From Nitrosopumilus sp. (GTDB taxonomy: Archaea; Thermoproteota; Nitrososphaeria; Nitrososphaerales; Nitrosopumilaceae): a stretch of 64,000 nt of DNA. The first letter of the stretch is position 1. Each line of letters opens with the position of its first letter. The notes below the pieces were generated by a model. That model saw only the letters and a list, made by a program, of their open reading frames with translations, did no database searches and had not been told where the DNA came from. The DNA is taken from assembly GCA_965207075.1 (NCBI GenBank), contig CBDBLO010000002.1, positions 1,568,001 to 1,632,000 on the forward strand, read 5' to 3'. This document shows positions 1-9,167 of the stretch, in pieces. A program made the position numbers and the translations under genes.

Positions 1-938
1 TACTTGAGGAGTATACTGACACCACAATCTCAATGACCGCGACTGCGACTGCGGACAATGCAAGGAGCGGGGGCCGTATTACGCGCACAGTCGACTCGAC
101 TGTCGGCGGCAGGGGGGGACTGGAGGTGGTAGACGGCAAGTCACACTCAAGGGGCCTGTACGTGGCGTCAAGGGCCTCTGAGCTTGCAGCGGCCGGCACG
201 GCAAGGCGTGTGGCCGACGCGGATGTCGTAATGAACCCGAACTTTGTGGCCCTGCTTGTGCACGAAATCCTGGGCCACCCCTCAGAGGCCGACCGCGTGA
301 TGGGAAGGGAGATGGCGTGGGCCGGGGGGGCGTGGTGGGGCGGCATGATAGGCGGCAAGATAGCATCAGAGCCGCTGAGCGTGTTTGACGATCCAACCGC
401 GCCCGGCAGCCTCGGGTGGTACGACTATGACGACGAGGGGGTCAAGTCCTCAAAGACGCAGCTGGTCAAGCACGGCGTCCTGCAGGGCCACATGCAGAGC
501 AGGGAGACTGCCGCCGCGTGGGGCGCCGAGCCCACGGGCAACATGAGGGCCGCCGGCTACGGGTTCATGCCGCTGATACGCATGGCCTGCACGTGCATAG
601 AACCGGGCGACCACGCCGTCGACGAGATGATCCGGGACATCAGGGACGGATATGCAATATATGACATGAAGATACCGTCAATAGACATGAACAGGTACAA
701 CTGGAGCATCTCGTGCCAGTACGCGCGTAAGATCACAGACGGCGAGCTGGCAGAGACGGTAAGGGACGTCGTAGTGTCCGGGACGGCTCCGGGCCTCTTC
801 GGATCGGTGTCGGCGTGCGGCAAGGACTTTGAGGTAACGCCCATAACAAACTGCGGCAAGGGGGATCCGATGCAGTCCCTTGCGATGGGAAACGGCGGCC
901 CCTCCATACGCGGCAAGGCCACCGTGGGCAGCATATGA
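1..938 (+). CDS. tldD: TldD/PmbA family metalloprotease (5' end outside window)
   Basis: HEILGHPSEAD motif, YDDEGV, GNMRA...PLIRM and C-terminal CGKGDPMQ...GGP. The frame is open back to the window edge. Confidence 0.9.
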   Translation, partial: LEEYTDTTISMTATATADNARSGGRITRTVDSTVGGRGGLEVVDGKSHSRGLYVASRASELAAAGTARRVADADVVMNPNFVALLVHEILGHPSEADRVMGREMAWAGGAWWGGMIGGKIASEPLSVFDDPTAPGSLGWYDYDDEGVKSSKTQLVKHGVLQGHMQSRETAAAWGAEPTGNMRAAGYGFMPLIRMACTCIEPGDHAVDEMIRDIRDGYAIYDMKIPSIDMNRYNWSISCQYARKITDGELAETVRDVVVSGTAPGLFGSVSACGKDFEVTPITNCGKGDPMQSLAMGNGGPSIRGKATVGSI

Positions 939-956
939 GACGGAGAAGAGGGGGGA

Positions 957-1559
957 GTGCGAGGCAGCGTGACGGCCGCAAGACTGGATGACATAAGGGC
1001 AGACGTCGAGTCATGCCAAAGGTGTGGCCTCTGTGCCACGAGAACCAACGCGGTGCCGGGCAGCGGGGGGTGCGGCGCGGACATTATGCTGGTAGGCGAG
1101 GCGCCGGGCAGAAGCGAGGACGTACGCGGCGAGCCCTTTGTGGGCGCCGCGGGCACCAGGCTGGCCGGAGCCCTGGCCAGGGCGGGGCTTGCAAGGGGCG
1201 ACGTCTACATCACAAACGTGGTAAAGTGCAGGCCTCCCGACAACCGCGTCCCGACTGCCGACGAACGGCAGCAGTGCTCAGAGTACCTCCAAGCGGAGAT
1301 CGAGGCGGTCAATCCGAGCATTATCTGCATACTCGGAAACACGGCATTCGGATCCATCCTCGGGGGATCCGAGATTACAAAGAACAGGGGAAAGACCGCG
1401 TCCATGAACGGCAGGATGTACTTTGTCACCATACACCCGGCCGCGACCATATACAACCAGGAACTAAGGGGCACGTTTGATGCAGACATCAAGAACGCAG
1501 TACGGATTGCCGCGGAGATCAGATCCGGAAAGGTGATAACGCCTGACATCTCATACTGA
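957..1559 (+). CDS. udg: Uracil-DNA glycosylase, family 4 (Fe-S)
   Basis: CxxC, GEAPG, PFVG, NVVKCRPPxNR and HPAA motifs. Confidence 0.93.
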   Translation: MRGSVTAARLDDIRADVESCQRCGLCATRTNAVPGSGGCGADIMLVGEAPGRSEDVRGEPFVGAAGTRLAGALARAGLARGDVYITNVVKCRPPDNRVPTADERQQCSEYLQAEIEAVNPSIICILGNTAFGSILGGSEITKNRGKTASMNGRMYFVTIHPAATIYNQELRGTFDADIKNAVRIAAEIRSGKVITPDISY

Positions 1560-2163
1560 CGGCCCGTACGGGACCAGATGCCGCGACGACTCGCTCCCCC
1601 TGCCAAGAGAATTTTACGCGCGCGACACGGCCACGGTGGCAAGGGACCTGCTTGGCGCCACGCTGGTAAGGAGGGCGGGCGGGCAGACAATCTCGGGGGT
1701 CATATCCGAGACGGAGGCATACGGGCACAGCGACGATCCGGCAAGCCACGCGTACAGGAACAAGACGCAGAGAAACCGGGCAATGTTCGGCCAGGTCGGC
1801 AGGGCGTACGTCTACTTTACGTACGGGATGCACTACTGCTTTAACGCAACGGCCAGGGACGCGGACAGTTCGGAGGCAGGGGCCGTGCTGATCAGGGGGA
1901 TCATACCAAGGAAGGGCGTCGCCACAATGATGAGAAACCGCAAGACACAGAACGCGCGCATACTGGCAGACGGCCCTGCAAAGCTCACGCAGGCCATGTG
2001 CATATCCTCAGGGCAATACGGCGAGGATCTCACGACGAGACCGAGGCTCTGCATCACAGGCAATCCCGACTACGACGTGGCGCGTCACGACATCGTCGAG
2101 TCGACAAGGATCGGAATCAGGGAGGCCACAGGCAAGCCCTGGAACTTTAGGCTATCCGCGTGA
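1543..2163 (+). CDS. mpg: 3-methyladenine DNA glycosylase (MPG/AAG)
   Basis: ETEAY, YVYFTYGMHYC, AVLIR, GPAKL and RIGI motifs. The conserved LPREFYARD lies upstream of the listed GTG (1636). The start is placed at CTG 1543 behind an AGGTGA SD (inferred). Confidence 0.88.
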   Translation: MTSHTDGPYGTRCRDDSLPLPREFYARDTATVARDLLGATLVRRAGGQTISGVISETEAYGHSDDPASHAYRNKTQRNRAMFGQVGRAYVYFTYGMHYCFNATARDADSSEAGAVLIRGIIPRKGVATMMRNRKTQNARILADGPAKLTQAMCISSGQYGEDLTTRPRLCITGNPDYDVARHDIVESTRIGIREATGKPWNFRLSA

Positions 2164-2346
2164 TGCTGCAGCCGGACCCAGTACTGTCATTTGCACCCCG
2201 AAGGTCAGCGCGGTACCAAGCCAAATGCGGGCAGCCTTCAGAGTCAGGATCTTGGTAACAGCACCGTGTCGCAGAGGACAAGGACGGGAGAAAGGCAGGC
2301 GTCAATCGCAAGCCAAGTGACAATCACCGGTTACTGCCATCAGCGC

Positions 2347-3156
2347 TCATAAATCGGCATGTCCACGGCCGCCCTTGTCGTCGCGGTCATTGTCGTCGCG
2401 GTCGTTGTCGTCGCGGTCGTTGTCGTCGCGGTCGTTGTCGTCGCGGTCATTGTCGTCGCGGTCGTTGTCGTCGCGGTCAACTGCAACCGAACTGTCGTTT
2501 TTACTATCACGGGCATCATCGCTTGCATCATCAAGCGTCCACGGGGCGACCCTGCCCATGACGCGCCGCCAGTCAAGCCTCAAGAGCAATATCACCACCA
2601 AGGTCATAGATGCGCCAAATATCACAATCCCCACATAGATGGGCGTCGGGCTCTCAATATCCTCCATATACGGCTCTACAAGCGACAGCCCCAGATAGTG
2701 CGATACGAACACGATTACATAGCTCAGCACAAGCTTGCCGGCCAACGTGGCCACGAGAAACCTCTTGGGATCGTACTTTGCAAGCCCCAGCGGGATGTAC
2801 ACAAGATCGTCGGGGATCGGAGTTGCCGCCGCAACAAACGTAGCGGCCGCCCCGTACCGCTTTACAAGCCTCTCAAACGGCCGCATGCGGTCACGCGTAC
2901 TCTGCTTGATTATGCGCCTCCCCTCGTAGCTTGCAAGGAATATTATCTGCTTTGCAGCTGTGGCGGCAAACGCCGAGGTCAGGGCGAGCACATGAAGATC
3001 AAACTTGTCCCCCACAGACATTGTTGCAAGGAGCAGAAAGCCCGGCAGCGGGACAAACGGAACAAGCGAGCCTATGAAATTGACCATTATCAGGCTCAGA
3101 TAGCCGACCTCGGGGGCAAATGGAAAGAGGTCGGCAAAGTCCACAAGCCACGTCAC
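2347..3156 (-). CDS. VTT/DedA (SNARE-associated) membrane protein with C-terminal (DRDDN)n tail
   Basis: Several hydrophobic segments, AATPIPDDLVYIPLGL motif, YGAAA after an amphipathic helix. Confidence 0.8.
   Translation of the reverse strand: MTWLVDFADLFPFAPEVGYLSLIMVNFIGSLVPFVPLPGFLLLATMSVGDKFDLHVLALTSAFAATAAKQIIFLASYEGRRIIKQSTRDRMRPFERLVKRYGAAATFVAAATPIPDDLVYIPLGLAKYDPKRFLVATLAGKLVLSYVIVFVSHYLGLSLVEPYMEDIESPTPIYVGIVIFGASMTLVVILLLRLDWRRVMGRVAPWTLDDASDDARDSKNDSSVAVDRDDNDRDDNDRDDNDRDDNDRDDNDRDDNDRDDKGGRGHADL
2375..2479. repeat. 15-bp tandem repeat x7 (TTGTCGTCGCGGTCR) encoding DRDDN on the minus strand
   Basis: Directly visible. Confidence 0.95.
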
Positions 3157-3315
3157 ATGCAGGATTATTTAACCTTCAAACGCCACCTCCGCGCCAATGC
3201 CCGGTGCGGCGGCGGCGCCAGCGGCACGGGCAATGCCGGAGAACGGAGCCTTTCAAAAAACCAGTGCCGAAAATTCTGGAAATAGCATAAATACGCGCCC
3301 CATACACAAAGCGGC

Positions 3316-3693
3316 ATGACAAGAAGGGAAGACCTCGCAAAAGTCTGCGACCAGATCGCCACGATCAGTCCCTACATACGGTTTGTAGGGGTCATAGACG
3401 AGCACGGGACGCTCATCGCATACAGAAGGAGGGACGAGCTCGCCCCGCTGCTTGACAAAAAGGACACCAAGTACCAGTTCTCCCACATCGCCATAAAGAC
3501 CGATCTTGAGAGCTTCTTTGACGAGAACCTAGGCGAGGTAGAGTTCGTGTGGGAGGAGCGGGAAAAGGTGCAGATCATATCGTTTGCCATCGGGAAGAAC
3601 CGCATCTGGGTGTCAATAGACAAGATGGTCGTGCGCTCAGAGGTGCTCAGGATAGTAGACGCATGCTTGCCAATAGCAAAAAAGTTCCACTAG
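3316..3693 (+). CDS. Conserved thaumarchaeal hypothetical protein (roadblock/profilin-like)
   Basis: IRFVGVID..G...RR....PLL pattern typical of a thaumarchaeal paralog family. Confidence 0.7.
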   Translation: MTRREDLAKVCDQIATISPYIRFVGVIDEHGTLIAYRRRDELAPLLDKKDTKYQFSHIAIKTDLESFFDENLGEVEFVWEEREKVQIISFAIGKNRIWVSIDKMVVRSEVLRIVDACLPIAKKFH

Positions 3694-3885
3694 CCAGTCC
3701 CCACACCGGCCTGCGGGTTTAGAAGAAAGTCCTGCAATATCGGTATCTCCGCACGCCACAATAGGACACATGATGGAATAACAAATTATTCTTCAAGCAT
3801 TCTGGCATGCTCAGATCATGTGTCTTTCACACAACAAGCAACAAATGCAAAATGGCATCTGCCATGAACTCATGAAACCTGCGCA

Positions 3886-4560
3886 ATGATCACATCATCA
3901 AACAACCCCATACAGGATTCAAATAGATCACAGTTGACAGATTTCAAGAGGGGGTTTGGGAGTCTGAGAACCGGGTTTTTGACGGCAATAGCTGCATTTC
4001 TGTTAATTATTCCATGGGTCGACAATGTGGGGCTTGAGTTCGGCCAGGTCCAGGTAGACGGAATATCCGTTCATGCTGCTGTCGCCATGACTTTGGCTAT
4101 CCTGTTTTCGATGGTGTCGTGGTCGGTGCTTTCGTGGGTGTCAAAAAGCATCAAGCCCACGGGCATCCTGCTAAGTGTGATTACAGGGGCATCCCTGATG
4201 ATTCCGTTTGTTCAGGTCCTTGGGCCCATGGCTTCAGCGCTCGTAGGGGCAGTGGCGGGGCTTTCGGCATTTATGCTCCAAAAAAAGATGTCAAACCCTG
4301 CAAGGAACCGGCCCGTTGCGGTTGCCATAATTACACTTGCAGCTGCGCATCTGGCCCTCACGCTCTTAATCTTATCAGCGAGTTCGCACATATGGGATAC
4401 TGGTGACGGCATAGGTGCATGGACCGGCACGGCAGAAGGCATCGAGAAACGCGGCTTTGAGAACGTCTTTAACAACGGAATCGGGTTTGCCTACCTGGCA
4501 GTGACCGTTCCGTCACTTGCGATGGCCGTGTGGGCAATTCAGAGGAAAAATGAAGGCTAG
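3886..4560 (+). CDS. Membrane protein resembling a diverged C-terminal half of an Amt ammonium transporter
   Basis: About 6 TM segments. VDGISVHA, W..LSW...KPT and GPMASALVGAVAG resemble Amt helices (recalled similarity). Confidence 0.55.
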   Translation: MITSSNNPIQDSNRSQLTDFKRGFGSLRTGFLTAIAAFLLIIPWVDNVGLEFGQVQVDGISVHAAVAMTLAILFSMVSWSVLSWVSKSIKPTGILLSVITGASLMIPFVQVLGPMASALVGAVAGLSAFMLQKKMSNPARNRPVAVAIITLAAAHLALTLLILSASSHIWDTGDGIGAWTGTAEGIEKRGFENVFNNGIGFAYLAVTVPSLAMAVWAIQRKNEG

Positions 4561-4927
4561 ATACAAGATTACGGTAACAGCAGTCCTGCCGTTTGTGGTC
4601 CTTGACCTGCCCTTCTTCGCATACATGACCGTAATTAATGACGCTTTTTTTGATACTGGTCCCACCCCACATTATTGGAGCATGCCCATCCACACCAAGG
4701 TCTCTGGGTTGAGCTATGTTTATGGAACAGAGGAAAGAGAGACTTGCGGAATTCAGAGCACTGAGGCCTTTGGCGTCATGCGCAAGACAGCATCAGCGCA
4801 CCTTAGAATAATACGGCTGGCCTCGATGCACACATGTATCTCAACAGAAAAGCTTCAAAATATGCAGGAACTTCTTTGGATCGGCGCCGTGATCATGTCC
4901 TTCTTCGTTCCCCAAAGCCATGCTTGA
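4550..4927 (+). CDS. Hypothetical protein or degraded gene
   Basis: ATG overlaps the previous stop, N-terminal hydrophobic stretch, low-GC region, no recognisable motif. Confidence 0.3.
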   Translation: MKARYKITVTAVLPFVVLDLPFFAYMTVINDAFFDTGPTPHYWSMPIHTKVSGLSYVYGTEERETCGIQSTEAFGVMRKTASAHLRIIRLASMHTCISTEKLQNMQELLWIGAVIMSFFVPQSHA

Positions 4928-5062
4928 CGGGCAGAACCAAGTATGTCTAAGCTGTTGGTTAATTTTTCACGAGCGCTTTGGCATGGGGGCCTCTCTTGTT
5001 GCATTGCCGATTAAAAAAAAGACATTGATGCTACGCCACAACGCCAAATATCACAACCTCAA

Positions 5063-8000
5063 CTACCGGCAGACTCGCGCAGTAAACGTTCCAGGCACAA
5101 GTTCGCTGCGTATGTCCGAGGAATAGTACCCGGTTCCAAATACCAGGCCGTCATCAAGTACAAGCCAGGCGCGCTTTGTCTCCAGCTCGCCCGTTATGGG
5201 GGACGTGTGATCATAGACGACCCACGCGCCAGCCTCCCTGCTTAGTTCGTCTAAGAGGCCTTGGGTAGACACTGCAAGGGCGATGGCATCCCAGTCATGG
5301 GTATCGCCTATGCTGGCGGAGTTGACTCCCTGCGCCAGGGTCGTGCCGGATGCGGAATCTACAACAAAAGAGTACTTGGAGTCGGGCACGTCTGGAATTG
5401 CGTTGATCGACTCGATAATTGCCGCCCTGCCGTCGCGCCAGTACTCCAGTACGCGGCTGTGCGTTAGCGACTGCACGTCGGTATCGAGCACATAATAGCC
5501 GGACCCGAACACGAGTCCGTCGTGAAGCTGCAGGTAGGAGCGCTTCAGCTGCTCTATGCCCGTGGCGGGATTGTGGAATATGTAGGCAACCCACAGGGAG
5601 CCCTTCGCGCCCAGTTCCGTAAGGACGTCGTCGACTGACCGGGGGGACGTGTCCAGAATGGTCTCTGGTTGGCCCACCCTGTCGGGCACCACGCCGTCGG
5701 CAAGCCGGGTCCAGTTGGCGGCATCTATCACAAAGGGATACAGCGCATCAGTAGTGATGGGCTGATCGGGCGTGATTATGTCCACCCAGGCATCGTTGGC
5801 TTTGTTGTTCTCGTAAATTTCTATTGCGCCGCGAACCTCAAACTTGACATCGGTTTGTGGAATGTCAGAGGAGTAGTGTCCCGTTCCGAACACCAGACCA
5901 TCATGCAGTACAAGCCACGAATGCTTTAGTTCCGGCTTGCCCGTTACCGGGGATATGTAATTGTAGGTTGCCCACGCGCCTGTCCCCCTGCTCAGGCTTT
6001 CCAAGACATCGGATGCGGGCATTACGGAAGTTATGACATCCCAGTCGGTTGCCGTACCCACGCGAGCAGGATCAACATTTTGAGCCAGCGTTATGCCGGT
6101 TGCGGAGTCAACTGCAAAGGCATACATGGTGATAGGCACGGGCGGAATCGTATTGATCGACCCGAGCGTCGCGGCCCTGCCGTCGCGCTCGTATTCCAGT
6201 ATGCGGCTGTGTGCCAACGACTGCACCTTGGAGTCAAGTACGTAATAGCCGGATCCGAACACGAGTCCGTCGTGCAGCTGCAGGTAGGAGCGCTTCAGCT
6301 GCTCGATGCCCGTGGCGGGATTGTGGAATATGTAGGTGACCCACAGGGAGCCCTTCTCATCCAGTTCCGCAAGGACGTCGCCGACTGACCTGGTGGACGT
6401 GTCTAAAATGGTCTCCGGCTGGTTCACCCTGCCGGGTACGACGCCGTCTGCAAGCCGGGTCCAGGTGGCGGCATCTATCACAAAGGGATACAGCGCATCA
6501 GTCGTGATGGGCTGGTCGGGCGTGATTATATCCACCCACGCGTCGCCGTCCTTGTTGTTGTTGTAGATGTTTATCGCATTGCTGACTGCATACTTGACAT
6601 CGGATTCCGGAATCTCAGACGCATAGTATCCCGAACCCAGTACGAGTCCGTCGTGCAGGACAAGCCATGTGCGCTTGATCTCGATTTCGCCGGTTACGGG
6701 ATTCGTGTGCCGGTAGTTTACCCACATGCCGGGCGCATCTGTTATCGTACTCATAATCATCTCAGCGGGGAGCACCGCGGTTATGGCGTCCCAGTCTGCA
6801 ACAGGGAGGGGGGAGCCTGTCAGGGCCGGATCCACGCCCTGGGCCACGGTAATGCCGGTCTGCGGGTCAACTGCAAAGGCATATGCGGTGATCGGTCTTT
6901 CGGGCACTGTGCCGATTGCCCCGAGCGCGGCGTCCCTTCCATTGGTGTTGTACTCGACTATGTTTGCGTACACCGCGGCCTGGACGCCGGAATCAAGTAT
7001 GTAGTAGCCGGATCCGAACACGAGTCCGTCTTTTAGCTGGAGGTACGTGCGCTTTAGCTGCTCGACTCCCGTGGCAGGGTTGTGAAACGTGTATGTCAGC
7101 CACACGCTGCCCGTCTTCCTGAGATCTGCAACCACGTCCTGCACGGATCTTCCCGAGGTGTCCAAGATCCGTTCGGGCTGCCCCACCCTTCCGGGCACCA
7201 CGCCGTCTGCAAGCCGGGTCCAGGTTTCGACGTCAATCACAAACGGATACAGGTCATCAGTTACGATGGGCGCGTCGGGGGTGATGATATCCCTCCATGC
7301 GTCGTTGGCGCTGTTGGACTCGTAGATGAACCGCGCGTAATCGGTCACCGACTGGGTGTCGGCGTCTGCAATCGTATAGGCGCCCACAAACGTGTAACCA
7401 TCATAAAAGTGGGTCCAGCCGCGCTTGATCTGCGTTATTCCGGTGTTGGCGTTGAAGAACGCAAACTCGGTCCAAAACGTAGTTCCGTCCGGAACGTCGG
7501 AAAATGCGCCCCCGTCACCCGTCGTTATCCTCAGGTGCGGCGGGAGGGGCCCGACCAAGAAAGGCACTGTGCCGTGCGCAAGTATGTGCGTCTCGTTTCT
7601 CACTGCAGGAAAAAGGTCCAGTCTGTTGAGCGCGCCGGAGGTGATTATGTCAAGTCCGTTTTGCGGATCGTTTCTGTACGTGTAGAGCGCGTCGTCAATC
7701 ACGGCCTGCAGCCGAATGTCGGGCAGCGAGAGGCTTGCGCCAAATATGTAGCCGTCGTGCAGTACGAGGTACGTGCGCGTGAGCTGGTCGGTCCGGGTTG
7801 CGGGGTTCAAGTCCATGTGCCATGCCCAGACTCCGGCTCCGCCCGCATTTCGCAGTTCGGCCATGATGTCCCGCAGGGGCCTGTCTGCCGCCTCAAGCTG
7901 CTCGAAGCGCTCGCCCACCAGCGCGGGCAGCCTGCCGTGTGCCAGCACCTCCAGGGTCGCCGCGTCCAGTACGAAGTTTGATTGCGTCGACAGTCGATCA

Positions 8001-8968
8001 AATGCGTCCGGCGTTATCATCCCAAAGGCGCCGGTTCCATGCACCTCGTATGCCATGACTGCAGAGTCCACCAGTGATTTTACCTGGGAGTCGGGTGGAT
8101 AGTAGCCGGATCCAAACACATAGCCGTCATGCAGGTAGAGCCAGGAGAGTTTGAGCTGCGTTATGTCCGTGGCAGGGTTGTGAAACGTGTACGTCACCCA
8201 CGCAGAGCCGGTTGTTTCCAGCTCCATGCGGACGTCGTCGACTGACCTGGCCGCAGTGTTCAGGATGCCCTCCGGCTTTCCCACCCTGTCGGGCACCACG
8301 CCGTCTGCCACCCTGATCCAAGACGAAAAGTCGATCACAAACGGATACAGATCATCAGTCACAACGGGCTCGCTTGGGGTTATCATGTCAAAGGCGCCGG
8401 TCCCGTACGTCTCGTACTGGACCACCACATTTTCTATCAAAAGCTGAACCTCAAAGTCGTCCAAAAAGTAACCGGCAGAGAATATGTACCCGTCATCATG
8501 CAGGTGCAGCAAGGCCCGCTTTGCCTGCGGCTGGCCGTTTTCAGGGTTTGTCTCCATGTGCTCGATCCAGATCATCCCGTCACGCTCCAGGCCGGCTCGG
8601 ATCTGACCAACTGACGTGTCTGCGACATCAAGCGGCATCTGCCCCACGTACAGAGGGCCCGCCCCGTGCGCTACGACCTCCAGAGTGTTGCTGCTTATGA
8701 CAAGCGGGATTGGCGCATCGGAAGTGGAACTCCTCGCGTTTGTAATTATATCAAACGCACCACGGCCGTTCTGAGAGTACAGCGCCAATGCATCAGCCAC
8801 GGCTTTTTGAACCTGCGCGTCAATGCCGCTCTGGTCAAATCTGAGCCGATCTTGAGGGTCTCCATCTACTGCAAATGCGGGAGTCATGCATGCGACAAGT
8901 GCAAGTATGACCGCAGAGGCAATTGATACCGGGTTTGGGCGATTGGAATGCAGAGTGTTAGAAAGCAT
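5063..8968 (-). CDS. Secreted protein with about 10 tandem single-Cache-like domains
   Basis: Signal peptide ending AFA. Ten ~125-aa repeats with YPFVID...G.WV.Y...NP.TG....K.......DG.VFGSGYY. Confidence 0.8.
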   Translation of the reverse strand: MLSNTLHSNRPNPVSIASAVILALVACMTPAFAVDGDPQDRLRFDQSGIDAQVQKAVADALALYSQNGRGAFDIITNARSSTSDAPIPLVISSNTLEVVAHGAGPLYVGQMPLDVADTSVGQIRAGLERDGMIWIEHMETNPENGQPQAKRALLHLHDDGYIFSAGYFLDDFEVQLLIENVVVQYETYGTGAFDMITPSEPVVTDDLYPFVIDFSSWIRVADGVVPDRVGKPEGILNTAARSVDDVRMELETTGSAWVTYTFHNPATDITQLKLSWLYLHDGYVFGSGYYPPDSQVKSLVDSAVMAYEVHGTGAFGMITPDAFDRLSTQSNFVLDAATLEVLAHGRLPALVGERFEQLEAADRPLRDIMAELRNAGGAGVWAWHMDLNPATRTDQLTRTYLVLHDGYIFGASLSLPDIRLQAVIDDALYTYRNDPQNGLDIITSGALNRLDLFPAVRNETHILAHGTVPFLVGPLPPHLRITTGDGGAFSDVPDGTTFWTEFAFFNANTGITQIKRGWTHFYDGYTFVGAYTIADADTQSVTDYARFIYESNSANDAWRDIITPDAPIVTDDLYPFVIDVETWTRLADGVVPGRVGQPERILDTSGRSVQDVVADLRKTGSVWLTYTFHNPATGVEQLKRTYLQLKDGLVFGSGYYILDSGVQAAVYANIVEYNTNGRDAALGAIGTVPERPITAYAFAVDPQTGITVAQGVDPALTGSPLPVADWDAITAVLPAEMIMSTITDAPGMWVNYRHTNPVTGEIEIKRTWLVLHDGLVLGSGYYASEIPESDVKYAVSNAINIYNNNKDGDAWVDIITPDQPITTDALYPFVIDAATWTRLADGVVPGRVNQPETILDTSTRSVGDVLAELDEKGSLWVTYIFHNPATGIEQLKRSYLQLHDGLVFGSGYYVLDSKVQSLAHSRILEYERDGRAATLGSINTIPPVPITMYAFAVDSATGITLAQNVDPARVGTATDWDVITSVMPASDVLESLSRGTGAWATYNYISPVTGKPELKHSWLVLHDGLVFGTGHYSSDIPQTDVKFEVRGAIEIYENNKANDAWVDIITPDQPITTDALYPFVIDAANWTRLADGVVPDRVGQPETILDTSPRSVDDVLTELGAKGSLWVAYIFHNPATGIEQLKRSYLQLHDGLVFGSGYYVLDTDVQSLTHSRVLEYWRDGRAAIIESINAIPDVPDSKYSFVVDSASGTTLAQGVNSASIGDTHDWDAIALAVSTQGLLDELSREAGAWVVYDHTSPITGELETKRAWLVLDDGLVFGTGYYSSDIRSELVPGTFTARVCR

Positions 8969-9167
8969 AAGGCTAGGGCAGATTCCACAAAATACAGCCG
9001 CTTTTGTCACTACTGTCCATATGTGTAGTCTTATTTATGTCTCGACCCCCGCTGCGCGGCAAATTCGGCCGGCGTCACGTATCCGGTGGCAGAGTGAATA
9101 CGGCAATTGTCGTGGTACCGAAGAACCGGCGTTGGCAGCGGCCGGAATGAGGGCACGGGCAGGGCGG

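Noticed and set aside
2375-2479. Short repeats here and at 11602, 42992 and 53130 as CRISPR arrays
   Set aside because: They are head-to-tail with no spacers, and no cas genes are present.
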